The notes below the pieces were generated by a model that saw nothing but the letters and a program-made list of their open reading frames with translations, was not told the DNA's origin and made no database searches. The translations under genes were made by a program, and so were the position numbers. A stretch of 64,000 nt of DNA from an uncultured Gammaproteobacteria bacterium (GTDB taxonomy: Bacteria; Patescibacteriota; Microgenomatia; Levybacterales; UBA12049): contig CAZCYO010000002.1 in the NCBI GenBank assembly GCA_964503265.1, positions 66,604 through 130,603 of the forward strand. Reading direction: 5' to 3'. Positions 8,369 through 16,188 of this stretch are shown one piece after another (positions within the stretch are counted from its first letter, which is position 1; every line of letters starts with the position of its first letter).

Positions 8369-9034
8369 ATGGCCAGTAACATTGCATCACACCCTAAAGT
8401 AGGTTCAGCGAACACACATGAGACAGAATCCGTCTCAGGTGCGCTGCGTAGTGCTGCAAATGATATAAAAGACCAGATAACCCCTTTTGGTAGTGACTTC
8501 TTTAAACAACTCCTAGGCCTTGAAGAAAAAACCGCTTCTGCACATAAAAAAGGTGAAGTAGTTGACATGAAACCTGGTGAAGCAATCGACTTCAAAGCAC
8601 TTAAGAAGCAAAAATCGGCTGAAACGATGCATAATCCAAATATTCTTCCCGGCATCGATTACAGACGAGAGATCGTTCATGGATCAGAAACTATTAATGC
8701 CAAAGAGAAAAATGAAATCGCACAGACTATCAACGAAATTAAAAACGAACTTCAACGACTCGTCAGTTCATCAGCACTCCTCCAGGAAGAATTTAAAGGT
8801 GTATATATGAACCAAGCACCAGCTACTCCTGGAAAATATCATCAGAATTTCTTCGAATGGGTACTTATCGTTCTTAAACAAGCTCGCATGAAAGTTGAAG
8901 ATTCTGGGGCATGGATTCAAGCTATGAAAGGAAAAGGCAAAAAAGGAAAAGCAGACTACTGGGGCATGTTCAAAAAACATGGTACAACATTCGGTCAATC
9001 AAATGAACGAAGTGTCGCTACACAAACAGGATAA
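8369..9034 (+). CDS. Hypothetical protein with basic C-terminus
   Basis: 221-aa ORF directly after tig; no recognisable motif. Confidence 0.4.
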   Translation: MASNIASHPKVGSANTHETESVSGALRSAANDIKDQITPFGSDFFKQLLGLEEKTASAHKKGEVVDMKPGEAIDFKALKKQKSAETMHNPNILPGIDYRREIVHGSETINAKEKNEIAQTINEIKNELQRLVSSSALLQEEFKGVYMNQAPATPGKYHQNFFEWVLIVLKQARMKVEDSGAWIQAMKGKGKKGKADYWGMFKKHGTTFGQSNERSVATQTG

Positions 9035-9036
9035 CT

Positions 9037-9303
9037 ATGAGTGCTGAAAATCCACTCCCACCAGGACGAGCTCGTCGAGAACAACGAAAAGCAGCGAGAG
9101 AAGCTATCCGAGAACAAATACGTGACCCCCATCAAATTGATAAGATCGCCCATGAAGTTAGTGGCTCAGAGTACACTCCACCTCCACGTCAGGATAACTC
9201 AGTACAAGCTATCCTAGAACGTGCAGCACAAAGAGAAAAAGAAGAGAAAGAAGAGAATGTAAAATTAATTGATTTATTCGTTGATTCAAGGTTTTCAGAA
9301 TAG
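9037..9303 (+). CDS. Hypothetical charged protein
   Basis: 88 aa, Arg/Glu-rich; 2 nt after previous stop. Confidence 0.35.
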   Translation: MSAENPLPPGRARREQRKAAREAIREQIRDPHQIDKIAHEVSGSEYTPPPRQDNSVQAILERAAQREKEEKEENVKLIDLFVDSRFSE

Positions 9304-9499
9304 TTGACAACGCCAAGCTAAAAATTTATAATTCTCTCAATGTTAAGAAATATCGTGCTCCTACCAGTCGTGATTAATAACCTCCTAATTGGGGGCTTTC
9401 ATACTGGGGAGAATTCGATATAAGGTAAATAAAATACAAAAGACCGATAAAGACCACCTCCCCCAAAGGGAGGTTTTTTTATGGCTAGAAAAGGAATAT
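9304..9499 (+). promoter_or_regulatory. Attenuator module A: promoter TTGACA-17-TATAAT, leaderless leader ORF, hairpin 1 (9381-9395), hairpin 2 CCUCCC-CCAAA-GGGAGG-U7 (9457-9480) carrying SD
   Basis: -35 9304-9309, -10 9327-9332, leader ATG 9340 (7 nt after -10); GGGAGG 3' arm is 8 nt before ATG 9481. Confidence 0.45.
9340..9423 (+). CDS. Leader peptide A, MLRNIVLLPVVINNLLIGGFHTGENSI (Ile/Val/Leu-rich)
   Basis: Leaderless ATG 7 nt after -10; branched-chain codons precede hairpin-1 5' arm. Confidence 0.35.
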   Translation: MLRNIVLLPVVINNLLIGGFHTGENSI

Positions 9500-10267
9500 A
9501 TGTTAGACAAATATCAACAAACAGGGTATGACGCAGAAGCATTTAGATCACCTAAACCAGGTATCTTTACCGCACGTCAAGAAATAACACCAATATTACG
9601 CCCTAATTTTAAAGATCGTCAGCAAGCTAAACCACTTGGAAGACAAAGAGATAATGAAAATGAACAGATGATTGAACAAACATTTCGTTCGGAAGGAGGG
9701 GTAAGAGTCATGGTTCCTATTAAAATTCTTTCAGGAACTCAAAATGGCGAAGCGTATTCTCAAAGTAGACGAAGATATGTAGAAAATCAAATGCGAACTA
9801 ACGGTGTGCAGTTTTTACAGGAAAATCCAATACAAGCATGTTTTATTCCATCTGATGGAGATCAGAACGGAAATCAATTTGGAAGATTAGCAATCTTAGA
9901 AGGACATCATAGGGCCAGATATGCACCAAAATACGGTATTTCTAAAGTTCCAACTGCAATATTTACACTCGAACAAACAGCAAGAGTATTAAACAAAATT
10001 GGTGAGACGTTTAATGGTGATCCGTTTACACCAGAGACAGCAAAAGACTGGCTTGATTTTGGAATTATTAAAGCTGAATATGACTTTACGACATATCCTG
10101 ATAACCTCGCTGCACAAAGACGTCTTACAGGGGTAGCCTCTATAAATGAACTTGTCGATAGCTATAAACTCACCCCCATAGAGCAACCTCATCACTTTCA
10201 CCCAGCAGCTAATTACACTGCTATTGGCACGCATGCATATTATGACTATGCAGCAGGAGATAAATAG
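9500..10267 (+). CDS. ParB/Srx-like nuclease-domain protein (GHHR motif); start re-placed after the terminator
   Basis: LAILEGHHRARYAPKYG matches ParB N-terminal/sulfiredoxin DGHHR motif; TTG-extended track ORF 9389 reads through the hairpin and is rejected; ATG 9500 has GAAAAGGAA RBS. Confidence 0.5.
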   Translation: MLDKYQQTGYDAEAFRSPKPGIFTARQEITPILRPNFKDRQQAKPLGRQRDNENEQMIEQTFRSEGGVRVMVPIKILSGTQNGEAYSQSRRRYVENQMRTNGVQFLQENPIQACFIPSDGDQNGNQFGRLAILEGHHRARYAPKYGISKVPTAIFTLEQTARVLNKIGETFNGDPFTPETAKDWLDFGIIKAEYDFTTYPDNLAAQRRLTGVASINELVDSYKLTPIEQPHHFHPAANYTAIGTHAYYDYAAGDK

Positions 10268-10273
10268 CTATTA

Positions 10274-10449
10274 TTGACAAATAAATTGAAGAATTCTATA
10301 CTCAGATTATGTTCATAACAAGCGCTAACAACTCAATTATTATTATTAACTCCCTCCGGGAGGTTCTTTTCGTGTAATAAGTAAACTTACACGAAAATGA
10401 ATAACCTCCCAAATTGGGAGGTTTTTTTATGGGAAAAATAATTACTTAA
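10274..10449 (+). promoter_or_regulatory. Attenuator module B: TTGACA-17-TATACT, leader ORF, hairpin 1 (10350-10363), hairpin 2 (10405-10428) with SD, mini-ORF MGKIIT
   Basis: -35 10274-10279, -10 10297-10302, leader ATG 10309; hairpin 2 CCUCCCA-AAU-UGGGAGG + U7 then ATG 10429. Confidence 0.5.
10309..10377 (+). CDS. Leader peptide B, MFITSANNSIIIINSLREVLFV (four consecutive AUU Ile codons at 10336-10347)
   Basis: Ile run ends 2 nt before hairpin-1 5' arm CUCCC. Confidence 0.4.
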   Translation: MFITSANNSIIIINSLREVLFV

Positions 10450-10643
10450 ATAAGAGGGGGTCGTAATGCTGATTTAAATCAGCATGAAGATCTCGAGGCT
10501 TAAATAAGCCGAAGATCCTGGAATCATAAAGATTCTAGGGCATACGAACGAATGAAATGAGGAAAGGGGCCACGAGTCTTACGACATCGCGGCATCATAT
10601 ACGATTTATAGGTTACTAACCTAGGAATAAGAGGTGAATATAT

Positions 10644-11033
10644 ATGACAAGAGAAGAAAATTTACAGTACAGAGCAGCACATGGGTATATCGGTGATAAT
10701 GAAATCGGTGTAAATGTTACGCCTACTACAAATAGATCACCATTCAGAGAAACAGGTAGATTACTCAGACTTGCAGAAGCAGCGGGCCGAGGACTAAATG
10801 GTTGGGAAGCGCAATACGAACAAACACGCGTATCAGATCCTATGCCAGAAATAAACGTACCAGAGGCAGACAATCATGTAGCTGAGGCACTTACAACTGT
10901 ATTTGGAGGAGAGCCTACTATGTATAAAGCTGATGCAGCTACCCTTGCAGTAAAAGACCAAGCATATCAAGCAACAGAACTTCCTCGAATTCGAGCAGCA
11001 CTAGCTGATCTTAGTAATGGAAATAGAGAATAA
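10644..11033 (+). CDS. Hypothetical protein
   Basis: 129 aa, strong RBS AAGAGGTGA; GC higher than flanks. Confidence 0.45.
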   Translation: MTREENLQYRAAHGYIGDNEIGVNVTPTTNRSPFRETGRLLRLAEAAGRGLNGWEAQYEQTRVSDPMPEINVPEADNHVAEALTTVFGGEPTMYKADAATLAVKDQAYQATELPRIRAALADLSNGNRE

Positions 11034-11124
11034 ATAGGATTGATTCATTGCCAGGCGGAGACTCTTTCTACGCCTGGCAATAGGACTTGTCACATATCCA
11101 TACTCATGCTAGACTGCCAGGTTA

Positions 11125-11853
11125 ATGGTAACTGTTGAGCAACGGACACATACTGAGAGAACATATGCACAGGCTCCTATGGCTGTTGCGGATGCAATGA
11201 TGGTCGGAACGACTGAATTAGTAACGAGTTATGCAGCTAGGCATCCAGTACAAACACCAGATGGAAGACCTCCTTCTCTCACTGACATAGCACAGACATT
11301 TCCTAAGAATACGTTTATGTACAACATGGAGGTTGTCATGAAAAATGCGACAGAAAAAATGTGCCAAACAGGTTCTGAGGTTGCAGTACGATTTCTTCTC
11401 GATAACCATTCCTCGCTTTTCGATAGGATTGGCCTCATACAGGCAGAAGGGAAACTTAATAATGGAAGTTGGAGACTGCATGAGCTATTTTTAGTTCGTG
11501 ATACGCGGAAGATATGGTACGCGGGAAGTCCGGCAAATTACGAACCAGAAGTAGCTGATAGGAAGTTAGCCTCTAGAAAGAACCAATCTGGTACTCTCGA
11601 ATTATTTCAACATCCCGATCTAGATATGCTTCTGAGTCACATTAAACAATCTGTAGGCGGACAATGGCCTGATCCATCATTTATTGAAGAAACCATTAAC
11701 ACAGGACCATTTCCAGGTAATCGGGAATGGTCATCGAATTATGCTATTCCTTTTAAACGATTAAAACGTGTTTACTCGTCTGATCAAGAAACCTATGACA
11801 AAGAAGAAAAAATCCTTCTTCAACCATATCGACGAGGAGGAAGAGTACTCTAA
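11125..11853 (+). CDS. Hypothetical protein
   Basis: 242 aa; no recognisable motif. Confidence 0.45.
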   Translation: MVTVEQRTHTERTYAQAPMAVADAMMVGTTELVTSYAARHPVQTPDGRPPSLTDIAQTFPKNTFMYNMEVVMKNATEKMCQTGSEVAVRFLLDNHSSLFDRIGLIQAEGKLNNGSWRLHELFLVRDTRKIWYAGSPANYEPEVADRKLASRKNQSGTLELFQHPDLDMLLSHIKQSVGGQWPDPSFIEETINTGPFPGNREWSSNYAIPFKRLKRVYSSDQETYDKEEKILLQPYRRGGRVL

Positions 11854-11893
11854 TTGTGAGAAATGAATAAATTTGTTAGAATAGGCACTACAC

Positions 11894-11970
11894 GGAGCTA
11901 TAGCTCAGTTGGCTAGAGCGTTTCATTGACATTGAAAAGGTCACTGGTTCGAGTCCAGTTAGCTCCACCA
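11894..11970 (+). tRNA. tRNA-Val (anticodon GAC), CCA encoded
   Basis: GGAGCTA acceptor, anticodon stem UUUCA/UGAAA loop UUGACAU, T-loop GGTTCGAGTCC, ...TAGCTCCACCA. Confidence 0.85.
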
Positions 11971-12042
11971 GGCACAATTCTGCGCCTGGCTTCGCCGGAT
12001 TTAGTCTTGTATATCCTCATTAAACAACCGTATACTAATCAT

Positions 12043-12651
12043 ATGATTACAGTAGCATCACCATCTTCATCTTTTACCCGTGAACAGGCAAATGAAATTC
12101 TCCATAAGTATTTAAAAAATATAAATCTTTTGAAACATTCATTTGCGGCTGAGGCGGCGATGAAGGCAATTTATGAGAAGTTCTATCTTAACGATATTAA
12201 TTACTCACTCGCCGAGAAAGAAAAGTGGGGGATAACTGGGCTTCTTCATGATGCAGATTATGAGTTATCTAAAAATAATCCTGAAGTTCATGGGTTACTG
12301 CTGTTTGAAAAAGAAGTAGGTGTCGTACCTGAGGACATTGCCCACGCAATTAAAGCACATAATTGGGAATACACGAAAATCATGCCAGAGTCACTCATGG
12401 ATTGGGCGATCGCATGTTCCGATCAACTAACGGGTTTAATCGTCGCTGCAACGCTAATTCATCCGGACAAGAAAATAAAGAATATTACCGCAGATTTCGT
12501 CCAGAAGCGTATGAATGAAAAAACATTTGCAAAAGGTGCTAAAAGAGAATCAATTCTACTATGTGAAGAAAAACTAGGTATCCCACTTCCAGAATTTATC
12601 GAAATAGTTTTACGTGCTATGCAAGGAATAAATACAGAGTTGGGGTTATAA
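12043..12651 (+). CDS. HD-domain phosphohydrolase
   Basis: H...HD motif (LLHDADYE); track ORF start (TTG 11926) lies inside the tRNA so ATG 12043 preferred; TTGTAT-18-TATACT upstream. Confidence 0.55.
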   Translation: MITVASPSSSFTREQANEILHKYLKNINLLKHSFAAEAAMKAIYEKFYLNDINYSLAEKEKWGITGLLHDADYELSKNNPEVHGLLLFEKEVGVVPEDIAHAIKAHNWEYTKIMPESLMDWAIACSDQLTGLIVAATLIHPDKKIKNITADFVQKRMNEKTFAKGAKRESILLCEEKLGIPLPEFIEIVLRAMQGINTELGL

Positions 12652-12693
12652 TTCTCTTGACGTCACAGTTATTACATTTGTTATACTGCTATT

Positions 12694-13026
12694 ATGAACC
12701 ATCAGACTCCACAATTAACAAAGTCAGATCTTCAGGAAACATTGAAGGACTACCCTACGAAACAGGATCTCCATAATGCGTTGAAAGATTACCCGACCAA
12801 ACAAGACCTTCATAACGAAATAGCAATTACTCATGAAGTTATGGAGATAAAATTAAAAGAACAAAGTAATAGTATTTTTGAGAAATTAGACTATCTTATT
12901 AAACAATTTGAGGAAATGAGAGAAGATAGAGAATTAAAAACATATCATGATGCAAATACGGCAAAAACACTTCAAAATCATGATAAAAGAATAAAAAAAC
13001 TTGAACAAACAATCCAGAAAGCATAA
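12694..13026 (+). CDS. Coiled-coil protein with tandem 14-aa repeat LKDYPTKQDLHNxL
   Basis: Two consecutive near-identical 42-nt units at 12745-12830 with synonymous changes. Confidence 0.45.
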   Translation: MNHQTPQLTKSDLQETLKDYPTKQDLHNALKDYPTKQDLHNEIAITHEVMEIKLKEQSNSIFEKLDYLIKQFEEMREDRELKTYHDANTAKTLQNHDKRIKKLEQTIQKA

Positions 13027-13028
13027 TA

Positions 13029-13244
13029 ATGCAAAAATACGAACAGGCAGTTGAAACAAATCGTAAGAAGATTTTCATCAATAACGTTATTGGTGGATTT
13101 GGATGGGCACTAGGAAGTACTATTGGATTAGCGATCTTTGCGACACTTCTAACATTTTTACTAAGTAAAATTGATTTGATTCCACTACTAGGAACCTATC
13201 TCGCTAAGCTTAATGCATTTATCGCTACACACCCGCACCAATAA
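13029..13244 (+). CDS. Small membrane protein (2 TM)
   Basis: 71 aa, hydrophobic, 2 nt after previous stop. Confidence 0.4.
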   Translation: MQKYEQAVETNRKKIFINNVIGGFGWALGSTIGLAIFATLLTFLLSKIDLIPLLGTYLAKLNAFIATHPHQ

Positions 13245-13248
13245 TTCT

Positions 13249-13381
13249 TGACGATTATAAATAACCATGATACAGTAAAAAAAATGAGTAACTTTTCTAA
13301 GATTATTACAACAACTACAACTCCCTAGCGGAGGTTGTTTTGTTATAGAGACAGACACCTCCCACATGGGAGGTTTTTTTT
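13249..13381 (+). promoter_or_regulatory. Attenuator module C (Thr leader) upstream of thrS operon: TTGACG-16-TACAGT, leader ORF, hairpin 1 (13321-13334), hairpin 2 (13358-13381)
   Basis: -35 13249-13254, -10 13271-13276, leader ATG 13284; hairpin 2 CCUCCCA-CAU-GGGAGG + U8 then ATG 13382. Confidence 0.55.
13284..13328 (+). CDS. Leader peptide C, MSNFSKIITTTTTP (Ile-Ile-Thr x5)
   Basis: Thr codons ACA ACA ACU ACA ACU at 13308-13322 abut hairpin-1 5' arm; stop UAG lies in hairpin-1 loop. Confidence 0.45.
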   Translation: MSNFSKIITTTTTP

Positions 13382-13654
13382 ATGATTGAATCACAAATAC
13401 AAACCCTCGAACAAGCAAGTAATGAGCCTAAAAATAGAGAAGGATTTGATCCAACCATACGAGGTCCTATTGCGACACTTTACTTACCACTAGAGAAAAA
13501 AGTAATAGCACATGCAATTCAATTTGAAAAATGGCAAAAAGAAACTATTGACTCAGGGAAGCCTCTCAATGGGATTACGAGAGAAAGCGAAGTAACAACT
13601 CAGCCAACCCGACAAGAAGAAATTATTCTCTTTGAAACTAGTGAAAGTAAATAA
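13382..13654 (+). CDS. Hypothetical 90-aa protein (possible divergent TGS-like N-terminal piece of ThrRS)
   Basis: SD in hairpin 2; C-terminal GKPLNGITRESEVTTQPTRQEEIILFET weakly resembles ThrRS TGS domain (..KLNGKEIDL.TPI.EDGTVEII.). Confidence 0.4.
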   Translation: MIESQIQTLEQASNEPKNREGFDPTIRGPIATLYLPLEKKVIAHAIQFEKWQKETIDSGKPLNGITRESEVTTQPTRQEEIILFETSESK

Positions 13655-13707
13655 ATCTTTAAAAGCATATCTGTATCTGCTATAGTCGAGATCAGAGGAG
13701 ATAAATT

Positions 13708-15462
13708 ATGGAAAACGACAAAAGACAACATATGAGACATTCTGCAGCACATTTACTCGCTGCTGCGATGATGAAACTGTATCCTAAAACCAAACTTACT
13801 ATTGGTCCTGCGATTGAAAACGGGTTTTATTATGATTTCGATTTGGAAAATCCTATTAACGAGGAAGACTTTTCTAACATTGAAGCAACTATGAGAGAAC
13901 TACTTCCTTCATGGAAAGCATTTACTCACCGTGAAGTATCAGAGCATGATGCGAAAGAATTTTATAAGCATAATGAGTATAAGCTAGAACTGATCGATGA
14001 AATTATCGCTAAAGGCGAGAAGATTACATTTTATACGTCTGGTGACTTTGAAGATCTTTGTCGTGGCGGACATAGTGAGAATCCATCTAAAGATATTGGC
14101 GCTGTAAAACTTCTTTCGATTGCAGGAGCGTATTGGCGAGGGAGTGAGAAAAATAAAATGCTTACTCGTATCTATGGAACGGCATTTGCCACTCAAGAAG
14201 AACTTGACGAGTATTTAGGGATGTTAGAGGAAGCAAAAAAGCGTGATCATAAGAAGTTAGGTCGAGAACTTGATCTCTTCTTCTTTACAGAAACCTCTCC
14301 TGGCATGGCATACTGGCTTCCAAAAGGACTTACCGTGTATAACACACTTTATGGGTATGTACGAGAAATGTATAAAAAGTATGGATATCAAGAAGTCGCT
14401 ACCCCACAACTAAATAAAAAAGAACTATACGAAATATCTGGTCATTGGCAGCACTACCGTGGGGACATGTTTATTTCTCCGATGAGCTATATAACCGAAG
14501 ACTCGTCTGAACTTCTAGAGGGAAGTGAGGTGTTTGGTATTAAGCCGATGAATTGCCCAAATGCCATGACAATTTTCGATTTGAGAACGAGATCATACAC
14601 AGAATTACCACTTCGACTTGCCGAGACATCCATTCTCCATCGATTTGAACTATCCGGGACACTTAATGGTCTTTTCAGAATTCGACAATTCCGACAAGAT
14701 GACGCTCACGTATTTATGACAGTTACTCAAATAAAACAAGAGTTTGAAGCTCTCATGGACATGATTGCTGATATGTATGCTCCATTTGATTTATCATACA
14801 AGCTTCGTTTTGGAACCCGGCCAGAAAAATTTATGGGAGAAAGTAGCGATTGGGATGTGGCAGAACGAGAACTCAAACAAGTATTAGTTGATTCAGGCCA
14901 AGAATTCTTTGAGGCAGCAGGTGAAGGAGCTTTTTATGGTCCTAAAATTGATATCTTAATGCGTGATTCAATCGGGAGAGAATGGCAGACAGGAACGATT
15001 CAACTAGACTTCCAACAGCCAAAGAATTTTACATTGAAATATACCGATAATGACGGTTCTGAGAAAACTCCGGTTGTCCTTCATCGTGCTATTTATGGTT
15101 CGTTCGAAAGATTTCTTGGAATTCTCGTTGAACACTATGGAGGAAAATTCCCATTATGGCTTGCTCCTATACAATTAACGCTTCTTCCAATTGCTGACAG
15201 ACATGTCGAGTTCGCTGAAAAAATAGCCTCAGAATATAAAGAATTAGGAATTCGAGTCGAAGTTGACAGTACGTCAGAGCGCTTACAAGCTAAGATTAGG
15301 AACGCTACTTTACAAAAAGTGCCGTTTATGGGTATAATAGGGGACGCGGAAATTGCTGAGAACGTAATTTCGGTTCGTGTAAGAAGCGGCGAAGATCTCG
15401 GTAAAATCGAAACTTCCAAGTTTCTGACCCAACTTAAAGAAAACATTGATAAAAAAGTATAA
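13708..15462 (+). CDS. thrS: Threonyl-tRNA synthetase, lacking N-terminal TGS domain
   Basis: Starts at editing-domain HxxxH motif (HMRHSAAHLLAAAMM); class II aaRS core and anticodon-binding domain alignable along full length. Confidence 0.9.
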   Translation: MENDKRQHMRHSAAHLLAAAMMKLYPKTKLTIGPAIENGFYYDFDLENPINEEDFSNIEATMRELLPSWKAFTHREVSEHDAKEFYKHNEYKLELIDEIIAKGEKITFYTSGDFEDLCRGGHSENPSKDIGAVKLLSIAGAYWRGSEKNKMLTRIYGTAFATQEELDEYLGMLEEAKKRDHKKLGRELDLFFFTETSPGMAYWLPKGLTVYNTLYGYVREMYKKYGYQEVATPQLNKKELYEISGHWQHYRGDMFISPMSYITEDSSELLEGSEVFGIKPMNCPNAMTIFDLRTRSYTELPLRLAETSILHRFELSGTLNGLFRIRQFRQDDAHVFMTVTQIKQEFEALMDMIADMYAPFDLSYKLRFGTRPEKFMGESSDWDVAERELKQVLVDSGQEFFEAAGEGAFYGPKIDILMRDSIGREWQTGTIQLDFQQPKNFTLKYTDNDGSEKTPVVLHRAIYGSFERFLGILVEHYGGKFPLWLAPIQLTLLPIADRHVEFAEKIASEYKELGIRVEVDSTSERLQAKIRNATLQKVPFMGIIGDAEIAENVISVRVRSGEDLGKIETSKFLTQLKENIDKKV

Positions 15463-16009
15463 AACAAAACAAGATCAAAAGTTCTATAGAATAAACGAGC
15501 GTATCTTTGCCCAGACGCTTCGAGTGATTGATCTAGAAGGAAAACAAATCGGGGTTATCTCAAAAAGCGAAGCCATAAGCCTCGCCCGAGAGCAAGGGTT
15601 AGACGTAGTTGAAATTGCACCACTCGCTACACCGCCTGTTGCTAAGATTATCGATTATAATAAATTCCTTTACCAAGAAGAAAAGAAAAAAAGAGAAGAA
15701 AAGAGAAACGCAAAGGTATCCGAGACGAAGGAAGTTCGACTAGGTCCGTTTATGTCTGACAATGATTTAGCAACCATGGTCAAGCGAACACGAGATTTTC
15801 TAGAAGACGGAGACAAGGTTCGACTGGTCGTTAAATATAAAGGAAGACAAATAACCCATCCAGAATTTGGACAGGTTATAATGCAAAAAGTAATACTAGC
15901 AGTTGACGATATATCGAAAGTAGATCGTGAGCCTAAATTTGAAGGTAAACAACTGATTACATTACTCTCACCTGAAAGGAAGAAAAAGAATGCCGAAGAA
16001 AAAAATTAA
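15446..16009 (+). CDS. infC: Translation initiation factor IF-3 (non-ATG start: TTG 15446 or AUA 15449)
   Basis: YRINERI...LDVVEIAPLATPPVAKIIDYNKFLY typical IF3; overlaps thrS end. Confidence 0.85.
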   Translation: MIKKYKTKQDQKFYRINERIFAQTLRVIDLEGKQIGVISKSEAISLAREQGLDVVEIAPLATPPVAKIIDYNKFLYQEEKKKREEKRNAKVSETKEVRLGPFMSDNDLATMVKRTRDFLEDGDKVRLVVKYKGRQITHPEFGQVIMQKVILAVDDISKVDREPKFEGKQLITLLSPERKKKNAEEKN

Positions 16010-16187
16010 AAAATCAGTATCTAGACGCTTTAAAGTTACAAAAACTGGAAAAGTGATGTTTAGCCATCAATATGCTGGTCATCATAAAATCCATAAATCA
16101 AAAAAACGTCTTCGCAGACTGAAAGAACCAGCAGAAATGACTGGAAGATTCGCAAGAAACATTAAAAAATTATTAGGAGCACTATAA
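15990..16187 (+). CDS. rpmI: 50S ribosomal protein L35
   Basis: MPKKKIKKSVSRRFKVTKTGKV... 65 aa basic. Confidence 0.85.
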   Translation: MPKKKIKKSVSRRFKVTKTGKVMFSHQYAGHHKIHKSKKRLRRLKEPAEMTGRFARNIKKLLGAL

Positions 16188-16188
16188 T

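Noticed and set aside
9389-9499. TTG-initiated 5' extension of the ParB-like ORF
   Set aside because: It would translate straight through the CCUCCC...GGGAGG-U7 hairpin and the promoter-proximal leader. An in-frame ATG at 9500 with a GAAAAGGAA RBS sits directly after the hairpin.
11926-12042. TTG-initiated start of the HD-domain ORF
   Set aside because: It begins inside tRNA-Val(GAC). ATG 12043 is preceded by a TTGTAT-18-TATACT promoter.
13984-14196. Antisense ORF inside thrS, and similar antisense or out-of-frame track ORFs inside gyrA, gyrB, recG, pilB, PBP, rarA and other genes
   Set aside because: They are embedded in well-supported conserved genes on the opposite strand or in another frame, and they have no RBS and no motif. 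They are frame-chance ORFs in AT-rich DNA.
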